Positions 7,471-13,451 of a stretch of 32,000 nucleotides of DNA are shown here, piece after piece. The DNA is from Acinetobacter bereziniae LMG 1003 = CIP 70.12 (lineage in GTDB: Bacteria > Pseudomonadota > Gammaproteobacteria > Pseudomonadales > Moraxellaceae). Both the position numbers and the translations under genes were made by a program. The stretch covers positions 1-32,000 of the forward strand of contig NZ_KB849756.1 in NCBI RefSeq assembly GCF_000368925.1, in the 5' to 3' direction. The notes under the pieces are model-generated. The model was given only the letters and a program-made list of their open reading frames with translations, was not told the DNA's origin and did not search any database. Numbering within the stretch: position 1 is the stretch's first letter; each line of letters starts with the position of its first letter.

Positions 7471-7722
7471 TCACTCTTCCCCAAATGCTTCGATCAATTC
7501 TGAATTTGATTCTTTATAAAGATTTGCATACGTGTCGATAACGGTCGGATCGTATGACCACTCATGACATACAAAAGCTAAATGACTTAAACATCTTTGA
7601 GTTGATATCGCAGGTGTCATTGCATCTAAAGCAATCTGCCCTTGGTCAGATACGATCTTCGCCACAGTTTCAAAAGCGCACTGGATGAATTCTTGTTTTG
7701 TATGAAATGATAGTGTAGTCAT
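7471..7722 (-). CDS. Hypothetical 83-aa protein, first gene of the leftward phage operon
   Basis: ORF track. Located immediately downstream of the operator-like repeats. Confidence 0.5.
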   Translation of the reverse strand: MTTLSFHTKQEFIQCAFETVAKIVSDQGQIALDAMTPAISTQRCLSHLAFVCHEWSYDPTVIDTYANLYKESNSELIEAFGEE

Positions 7723-7726
7723 GATT

Positions 7727-7794
7727 CATGTATACATGTTTCTATTTGAGCAAAAGATAACAAATTTACATGTATCATGTAAAGCATGTATACA
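7727..7794. promoter_or_regulatory. Three operator-like repeats CATGTAT(A/C)CA in the divergent phage control region
   Basis: Perfect 12-bp palindrome catgtatacatg at 7727-7738. Near-palindrome tacatgtatcatgta at 7767-7781. catgtataca at 7785-7794. Confidence 0.6.
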
Positions 7795-7820
7795 AGTTTA
7801 TATAGAATTAGGTGGATTTT

Positions 7821-8033
7821 ATGGTTCGGAATCAAAAGCAAATGGCGCAAATGTTAAGATTAAGCAACAAAGAAAAAGAATTGTTGAGAAACAAGGCTGT
7901 AGAAATTAACAAGACTCTAATAAATAAAAGATTAGAACCTGTTAAAGATACAGAGCTTGCGCACATTGTTTTAGAGCAAGGAATTGATTTAATAGAAATT
8001 ACAGAATCAGGGAAATTAATTATCCCAAAATAA
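7821..8033 (+). CDS. Small divergent phage regulator (candidate repressor, possibly ribbon-helix-helix-like)
   Basis: The ORF track starts at GTG 7812. The ATG at 7821 has SD AGGTGGA 5 nt upstream. It is the only plus-strand gene facing the rep operon, analogous to rstR in CTXphi. The fold assignment is tentative. Confidence 0.55.
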   Translation: MVRNQKQMAQMLRLSNKEKELLRNKAVEINKTLINKRLEPVKDTELAHIVLEQGIDLIEITESGKLIIPK

Positions 8034-8051
8034 TTGTTTTTTCAAATAAAA

Positions 8052-8072
8052 AAGAGCGAGTTAATCGCTCTT
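8052..8072 (-). terminator. Stem-loop aagagcga-gttaa-tcgctctt with a T-run on the minus strand
   Basis: 8-bp stem. The A-run at 8046-8053 reads as TTTTTATTTG after the hairpin on the minus strand. The plus-strand side is only weakly T-rich. Confidence 0.5.
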
Positions 8073-8103
8073 CTACTTAAGAAAGATAAAATAAGGAATA
8101 AAA

Positions 8104-8286
8104 ATGAAAAATTTTCTAAACGAAATGACTTGTGAAATTAGTAGACAAATATATTGGAGTGGATTTGCAAATGGGGCATCAATAATAATTTCAATTTGGA
8201 TTGGTTGGGTAGTATATAAGTATTTTAAAAATAAAGATTGCAATATAAAAATTGAAATAAGTGAAAGAAAAGAACCAAAAATGTAA
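8104..8286 (+). CDS. Small membrane protein, 60 aa, at the prophage end
   Basis: ORF track. SD AAGGA. One transmembrane segment (ASIIISIWIGWVVY). Confidence 0.45.
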   Translation: MKNFLNEMTCEISRQIYWSGFANGASIIISIWIGWVVYKYFKNKDCNIKIEISERKEPKM

Positions 8287-8316
8287 AAAGCTAAATAGCC
8301 TTTCCTCTTAGCTTGG

Positions 8317-8346
8317 AAGTCGCATAACGAACCTATTATGTTAAAT
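8317..8346 (+). other. dif-like site with an 8-nt spacer: AAGTCGCATAA-CGAACCTA-TTATGTTAAAT
   Basis: The XerC-arm core CGCATAA and the XerD arm are identical to the dif consensus. The spacer is 2 nt longer than the canonical 6. Confidence 0.7.
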
Positions 8347-8467
8347 AGGATACCATAGGCTGTGGCTACACAACGCTATTGTTGCTACAGCTCAGTAACT
8401 TGAATCTCTACGATCATAATTCACGTTGCTGAGTATTCCAATTAACATGATATAAGTTATGCAGAAT
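8336..8467. repeat. Second copy of the XerD-arm / stem-loop / inverted dif-like module
   Basis: Aligns with 3-134. The stems are retained with changed sequence (ctcagtaacttgaat ... attcacgttgctgag). Inverted site AATTAACATGA-TATAAG-TTATGCAGAAT at 8440-8467. Confidence 0.75.
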
Positions 8468-8483
8468 TCAGATCGCTCCTCAA

Positions 8484-8520
8484 AAGGCTTATGCAATCAT
8501 GGCTTTGATGCATAAGCCTT
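8484..8520. repeat. 12-bp perfect inverted repeat aaggcttatgca / tgcataagcctt with a 13-nt loop
   Basis: Read directly from the sequence. Lies upstream of the DUF2132-like gene. Function unknown. Confidence 0.6.
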
Positions 8521-8587
8521 GTGATGCTGACCTATTTCAACTAGTTCAGGTTATAATGATGGACTCCCCGAATATGGTTGATCTATT

Positions 8588-8824
8588 ATGAACACCTCCA
8601 ATGACCCTTTACATGGCAAAAAACTTGCTGACATTTTGGATGAGTTATTGGATTACTACGGTGGCTTTGAGAGCTTAAGTCGTAAAATTGAAATTAGATG
8701 TTTTTGTATAGATCCAAGTGTTAAATCATCATTGCGATTCTTACGTACCACACCATGGGCACGTGAAAAAGTAGAAAGCTTATATTTGTATGTCTTACGC
8801 CAAAAAGCCAAACAGAAATCTTAA
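8588..8824 (+). CDS. DUF2132 (VF530-like) small conserved protein
   Basis: DPLHGKKLADIL..., CFCIDPSVKSSLRFLRTTPWAREKVESLYLY matches my recollection of the VF530/DUF2132 signature. Confidence 0.7.
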   Translation: MNTSNDPLHGKKLADILDELLDYYGGFESLSRKIEIRCFCIDPSVKSSLRFLRTTPWAREKVESLYLYVLRQKAKQKS

Positions 8825-9044
8825 CTATCAAAACCCTAGCCCCATCATTTTAATTGGTGGTGAACTGCCACCAATCTCCTAGATAAATTTAGTCTATTCT
8901 TAAGGCTTTTTTAGTAGGAAAATATGTATTCATCGCTAGGTTCATAAACAAAATATTTTATAAATCATAATTTTAATTCTCTAAGTAATTAAATTTATTG
9001 TTTATTTAACATAAATTTAATTGTGAATTAGGTTCTAGATAAAC

Positions 9045-9125
9045 ATAAGTTAAATAAGATATCCAAGACTGTGGCACAATGCTGTTGTTTTTTAGGTAAT
9101 CAACATAACATAGTCTAAGACTACA
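9045..9125. repeat. Third, degenerate copy of the XerD-arm module
   Basis: ATAAGTTAAAT (9/11 to the XerD arm) is followed by aagatatccaagactgtggc, identical to 14-33. The similarity then decays and there is no XerC arm upstream. Confidence 0.65.
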
Positions 9126-9167
9126 TCCCATGTAACCTTGATGATTCAAAAAAAGAAATTCTTTTTA

Positions 9168-9407
9168 CTAACATTTTTTATAGAGATAAGATTTGATCAT
9201 TTCATTTGCTTGTATGTCTAATAATTCATCAGCCACCCAAAATACAAAAGACTGATCTTGGACAAACACTTTTTTCTTTATATATGTTGTCACCAAGTTA
9301 GATGAAGCATTCTTCACTTTAAAAGATTTTTTATAATTTACTTTTCCAAGCAGCTTACTGCCATTCCAAGGTCCACCGATACAAAAGTTCATAGTATTTT
9401 TTATCAA
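9168..9407 (-). CDS. Hypothetical 79-aa protein (GGPWNG motif near the N-terminus)
   Basis: ORF track only. An alternative start is MNFCIGGPWNG. Confidence 0.4.
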   Translation of the reverse strand: MIKNTMNFCIGGPWNGSKLLGKVNYKKSFKVKNASSNLVTTYIKKKVFVQDQSFVFWVADELLDIQANEMIKSYLYKKC

Positions 9408-9472
9408 TTATTCACGTAATAAATGTAATATATTTTGTTTAATTTTTAACTAATACTTTGGTCTAAGTATCC

Positions 9473-9498
9473 AATAAACCTCTGAAAAGAGGTTTATT
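9473..9498. terminator. Hairpin aataaacctct-gaaa-agaggtttatt between two minus-strand genes
   Basis: 11-bp stem and 4-nt loop, 12 nt downstream of the 9510 stop. Confidence 0.45.
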
Positions 9499-9509
9499 TA
9501 TTTCATATT

Positions 9510-9962
9510 TTAAGGAATAGAAAATTTAAGTGGCTGATCTTTTTGCTGTAAAGGTGCATTATTTTGCTTTAAAATTTGCTTTTGGTAGTCTTGCTCTGAG
9601 ATCACTCCCCTATTTCTTGCCTGTTGAATAGATTTTAATTGTTGCTCATAAGTATGTGCGTTCAAAGCCTGAGTATCATTGTTTTTAAGTAAATATTGAG
9701 ATCTTTCAAATGGACTCATATTTGAAGTATTGGCGCGATTTTCATTTATTCGGAGTACATTTGCATCACGTTGATTGATCTGATCTTTTTCTTGTTGTCT
9801 TGAAAGCTCAAAAAAATCAACTTGGTTATCATTGTTATTTTCATGTTGCGTTTCATTTTGCAGAAACACATAAGACTGAGGCTTCTTAAAGATATCTTCA
9901 GCACTATACACTGAACATGCAATTATTGATGTTATTAAGGTAGTTAAGAGTTTGTTCATCAT
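9510..9962 (-). CDS. Secreted Q/N-rich hypothetical protein with a SHOCT-like C-terminal motif
   Basis: Signal peptide MMNKLLTTLITSIIACSVYSA. ARNRGVISEQDYQKQILK resembles the SHOCT motif. Confidence 0.55.
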   Translation of the reverse strand: MMNKLLTTLITSIIACSVYSAEDIFKKPQSYVFLQNETQHENNNDNQVDFFELSRQQEKDQINQRDANVLRINENRANTSNMSPFERSQYLLKNNDTQALNAHTYEQQLKSIQQARNRGVISEQDYQKQILKQNNAPLQQKDQPLKFSIP

Positions 9963-10060
9963 AGATGTAAAATTTCAAATAAAAAAAGCAATCTTTATAT
10001 TTTATAATGGTGCTATTATATTTTCAAAGCTTAAAAAATTAACTTGAATAACAATTATTT

Positions 10061-10115
10061 GTCTAAATTTATCACAGATTTAGACTGCATAAAAACTCAC
10101 ACTAAGTGAGTTTTT
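10061..10115. terminator. Two adjacent hairpins; the second is a strong bidirectional rho-independent terminator
   Basis: gtctaaat/atttagac at 10061-10085. aaaaactcac-actaa-gtgagttttt at 10091-10115, a 10-bp stem flanked by A and T runs. Confidence 0.65.
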
Positions 10116-10161
10116 ATTTGTTGAATTTTCATTAATCATAGAAAATTACCATAGATACTGA

Positions 10162-10257
10162 TTAAAGATAATCTAAAGCTAACACCAAAAATAATAGAAT
10201 AATGGATAAAATTAAATATGTATTGATGTTATGAAAGCTCTTAAGATAGTCTAACAT
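10162..10257 (-). CDS. 31-aa hydrophobic peptide (MLDYLKSFHNINTYLILSIILLFLVLALDYL), type-I-toxin-like
   Basis: Hand translation. SD GGGAGA lies 6 nt upstream of the ATG. The terminator at 10091-10115 lies 47 nt downstream of the stop. Confidence 0.35.
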   Translation of the reverse strand: MLDYLKSFHNINTYLILSIILLFLVLALDYL

Positions 10258-10485
10258 TCGTTATCTCCCATAAGAATTTAATAAAATGCTACACGGGTGA
10301 TCATTTTTTAAAAGTTCAGGAAAACAAAACTAGACAAAAAAATACTCAATGAAATTCACTAATCGACTGATGAAACATTCATATAGATGTGATTGATAAC
10401 TATGCTAACTTACAGCACTCTATTTTTACTGAAAAAACAACAACTTGATCAAATGTTTATTCTAGAGTGCATTAACTAATCACCA

Positions 10486-10743
10486 TTAAACGATAAATTT
10501 AAATTCAAATTTTCCTTGATAATCAATTTGATCCAAATAATCTTTAATTTCATGAGCGATATTTCTAAATACTTCTAAAACATCGCTGGGTGGATCTATT
10601 AGTACTTCAATCTTAAAATTTTCATCATCTTTTTTTGTATGGTGTATATAAGTACCATCACAACTCATTTTTAACGTCAGATAATCTTCAATTGTGTCAG
10701 TAAACTGTTGTGTTACTAACTCAATTTTTGAAAACTTGTGCAT
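10486..10743 (-). CDS. Hypothetical acidic 85-aa protein
   Basis: ORF track only. Confidence 0.4.
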   Translation of the reverse strand: MHKFSKIELVTQQFTDTIEDYLTLKMSCDGTYIHHTKKDDENFKIEVLIDPPSDVLEVFRNIAHEIKDYLDQIDYQGKFEFKFIV

Positions 10744-10824
10744 TTGTATTTTTTCCTCAATCTTATTTCGCGATCTGATAAAGAATCTCGTCTAGAGTCC
10801 TTTTGGGCTATAAGATCGATCTGT

Positions 10825-10872
10825 TATAGAGACGATGGCGCTTAAGCTACGGGTCTCTATATCGTATTTTTT
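10825..10872 (+). terminator. Orphan hairpin tatagagac ... gtctctata followed by tcgtatttttt
   Basis: 9-bp stem (10825-10833 / 10853-10861) and 19-nt loop containing the palindrome gcttaagc. T-run on the plus strand. No plus-strand ORF lies upstream. Confidence 0.3.
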
Positions 10873-11070
10873 AGATATATTAATTTAAAATTAGCTAAAC
10901 AATCAACTTAAAATTTTAAAAGAATTATACCAATTTGAGATTTTGTATGACTTAATCAGCATTTTGTTCGTTTTTTTCTATTTAATTCTTATTTTTAATC
11001 TATATTGATGAAACCAAATTAACTGATTGAAAGCTGTAATTATTATTAAATTTAACCATCTGAGTAACGA

Positions 11071-11394
11071 TCAAGTATTCGATGATTTAAAAATTTTTTC
11101 AACAATATGCTCATGCGTAGGGATGAGCCCAGCTTTTAATCCAAGGGGTTTAAACACTTTATCAACAACAGATTGAGTAAGTTTTCCTTTATCTTGCTCG
11201 ATATCGCTCAGTGTACGTCGACTAATACCGACCAGTGTTGCATATTGTTCTTGTGACATACTTAATAGATTTTTCCGAAGATAAGCCAACAATTGCCCCA
11301 TGCTTATTTCATTCATTAAGTACTTTGTATACAAATCAATCAGAACTTGCTGGCGATCTTGTGGTTGTTTTTTAATATTCATAAAAGTTCCCAT
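11071..11394 (-). CDS. XRE-family HTH protein (candidate antitoxin of the HipA-like kinase)
   Basis: HTH_3-like MSQEQYATLVGISRRTLSDIEQDKGKLTQSVVDKVFKPLGL. The alternative ATG at 11382 overlaps the kinase stop as ATGA. Confidence 0.8.
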   Translation of the reverse strand: MGTFMNIKKQPQDRQQVLIDLYTKYLMNEISMGQLLAYLRKNLLSMSQEQYATLVGISRRTLSDIEQDKGKLTQSVVDKVFKPLGLKAGLIPTHEHIVEKIFKSSNT

Positions 11395-12710
11395 CGCTTT
11401 AATTTAGCTTCAATGTAGTCGAATGAGAGTACAGGCATTTCAATGATCTGTTTGGGTACGCCCTTGTCTATTAATCTTTGTTTGAGTCCAAGTAATTTAT
11501 TCGCCAATGATTTTAGCGTCTCCAAAGATATATCAGGATCACACCACGGCGCCAATTTCTGTGAAATTTGAATCCATTGGTATTCACCACCTTCTTCATA
11601 AGGACTTCCCCATGTTGTTGACCTAATCACATGCTCTGGGTCTGCTTTCATAGGAGCAAAATCATAAATCGGAGAAAGAAAAACATTTCCAGTCTTTTTT
11701 AAAAATGAAGTATTACGCCCATGATTATCTGAATTACCAAAAATGATATTAAGTAAATCTCGTTGTAGCCACTCGCAAACAAATTGAGTCGAATTAAACT
11801 TAGTATCTATGGTTTTAAGTAAAATACAAAGACTGTCAATCACTTCAAAATGATTAAGATGGCTCCCTGCTGACTTATTTAAAATTGAATACACTGATTC
11901 GAGTCCATATCGATGCCATCGTTGATCACGCCATTCAGTATCAAATCTTGGCAACCACAATGAAGGATACCTTTCACCTTCAATAAGCCGCATATTGGCA
12001 GTATCAATTGTACTAAAACCCAGTTCATTCAATTCATGGTAATAATAATATTCAGCTCTTAGAATGTTACAGTCAATTTCACTGCGATTATTTCTCGGAA
12101 ATTTAACCAAGTAATGCTGATCAGGAGTATCAAAGCTTTGTTGATAAGTATCAATCCAGACTTTTTGATCCGCTGTGTAACGCACAAGCAGTTTTGGTGC
12201 TTCACCACCTGCACCGGTTGCTCCCCCGCTGATAGCTCCCATTTGCTGTGCATACTCTAAAAAATCTGCATTACGATCAGCAACATCTGCCGTACTAAAT
12301 TTACGTAAATGTAAAGTAGACTCAGGATTTATGGGAGGAATTGATTCTTTAATTCGTAAATTTCCAACAGGTGCAATCACTCCTTTTTCTAATAAAATAC
12401 TGTCTTGTTCTGCATGTGAGAATTTTTGTAAGTTGAGATAGTTAATCCAATAACGTCGTGCAGCACCTGAAGGAATAATATCATCTAAAAAGCCAAACCA
12501 TGTTTTGGCTTCATGTTTAATAATCAGTTGCACTGGAAGCGATAAACTACAAGCATGTTCATCCCTTTTGTCTAAATATGAAATGGCGTATTCAATTTGG
12601 TACTCTAGTTCACAGGGACTCGCCGATCCCTTTTCAGGATCTAATATTTTAAGTTCTGCTATATCTAACCAGTGCGTATCAAATAATGCCTGTATTGTAA
12701 ATTTCTTCAT
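11379..12710 (-). CDS. HipA-family Ser/Thr kinase-like protein
   Basis: N-terminal IPSGAARRYW (LPEG-like). Glycine-rich loop ISGGATGAGGEAPKLLV. Catalytic FGNSDNHGRNTSF. Downstream PIYDFAP. Length 443 aa. Confidence 0.8.
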   Translation of the reverse strand: MKKFTIQALFDTHWLDIAELKILDPEKGSASPCELEYQIEYAISYLDKRDEHACSLSLPVQLIIKHEAKTWFGFLDDIIPSGAARRYWINYLNLQKFSHAEQDSILLEKGVIAPVGNLRIKESIPPINPESTLHLRKFSTADVADRNADFLEYAQQMGAISGGATGAGGEAPKLLVRYTADQKVWIDTYQQSFDTPDQHYLVKFPRNNRSEIDCNILRAEYYYYHELNELGFSTIDTANMRLIEGERYPSLWLPRFDTEWRDQRWHRYGLESVYSILNKSAGSHLNHFEVIDSLCILLKTIDTKFNSTQFVCEWLQRDLLNIIFGNSDNHGRNTSFLKKTGNVFLSPIYDFAPMKADPEHVIRSTTWGSPYEEGGEYQWIQISQKLAPWCDPDISLETLKSLANKLLGLKQRLIDKGVPKQIIEMPVLSFDYIEAKLKRWELL

Positions 12711-12719
12711 AAATAGAAA

Positions 12720-12819
12720 TGAGCAGTAATTTGCTCAAAATTAGCATGAAAAATAATAAATGTGAATATATTTGCTCATAATTATTCGTCTAAAGAATTT
12801 TTGTGCATATTTTTGCTCA
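12720..12819. promoter_or_regulatory. Three TTTGCTCA boxes spaced exactly 41 bp apart; the first is part of the palindrome TGAGCA-N6-TGCTCA
   Basis: Boxes at 12730-12737, 12771-12778 and 12812-12819. Palindrome at 12720-12737. Located directly upstream of the kinase start at 12710. Confidence 0.55.
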
Positions 12820-12874
12820 ATTATTTCAATAACTACAACCAATGTTCTCTGAACTTCTATACCAAAATTTCAAA

Positions 12875-13339
12875 CTAATTTTCTGGGTTAACGACATCCA
12901 AAGACACTTTAACCCGATCTAATACCACAGTTGTTTTAAACCATTCAACATTCGAATTGCAATGAAATAGCTCATCACACAGTGCTTGAAATCGACTCAT
13001 ACTAGGAACAAGAAGGATTAAGATAAAATCTGCCTCACCTGTCACATAGTAACATTGTTGTACTTCTGGTCTAGAAAAGCTTTGTTTTAATAGATCAAGA
13101 TCAGCTATATGGGTTTTATTGACACGAACCTCGACCATGATCGTGATCACTTGATTGAGCTTATCGGGATCTAAAATTGCGGTGTGTCCAGTAATATAGC
13201 CATGCTCTCGTAATTTCTGAATACGGCGCTGTACAGATGCAGTGGATAAATGTACAGCATCTGCCAATTCACGTAAGGGCGTTAAGCAGTCCTTTTGCAA
13301 GTGCATGAGTAACGCATAATCAAACTTGTCTAAGATCAT
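12875..13339 (-). CDS. Lrp/AsnC-family transcriptional regulator
   Basis: N-terminal HTH (LDKFDYALLMHLQKDCLTPLRELADAVHLSTASVQRRIQKLREHGYI) plus a RAM-like C-terminal domain. The ORF track extends to 13405, but the start at 13339 gives the family-typical 154 aa. Confidence 0.85.
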   Translation of the reverse strand: MILDKFDYALLMHLQKDCLTPLRELADAVHLSTASVQRRIQKLREHGYITGHTAILDPDKLNQVITIMVEVRVNKTHIADLDLLKQSFSRPEVQQCYYVTGEADFILILLVPSMSRFQALCDELFHCNSNVEWFKTTVVLDRVKVSLDVVNPEN

Positions 13340-13451
13340 ATCAATTGATTGAATATCGTGAGAAATTTTCTCATTTATAATAAAAATTTTCAGCAAATTT
13401 ATCAATCAAGCTGAAATAAAATATCGTTTTCAATTCAAATCGCTCACTCAG

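Larger units (their letters stand above)
1..8346 (-). mobile_element. Integrated filamentous (inovirus-type) prophage, about 8.3 kb, bounded by dif-like XerC/D sites. No integrase and no pIV secretin gene.
   Basis: Canonical inovirus module order on the minus strand (replication initiator, ssDNA-binding protein, small hydrophobic proteins, major coat, adsorption protein, pVI-like, Zot/pI). A divergent small regulator is present. dif-like sites lie at 1-13 and 8317-8346. The region appears more AT-rich than the metabolic genes by eye. Confidence 0.85.

Noticed and set aside
7747-7756. TTTGCTCAA (minus strand) in the phage control region matching the boxes upstream of the HipA-like gene
   Set aside because: It is a single 9-mer occurrence, plausible by chance in about 64 kb of two-strand AT-rich sequence, and there is no palindrome partner. 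This is not enough to propose cross-regulation.
5269-7909. Plus-strand ORFs 5269..5454, 5669..5851, 6914..7150 and 7721..7909 within the phage
   Set aside because: All are antisense to phage genes whose frames carry motifs or SDs. 7721..7909 crosses the operator region and overlaps the better-supported regulator frame.
12059-12729. ORFs 12059..12253 (minus, off-frame) and 12505..12729 (plus) inside the HipA-like gene
   Set aside because: They are nested in or antisense to a CDS with clear kinase motifs, and have no SD or motif.
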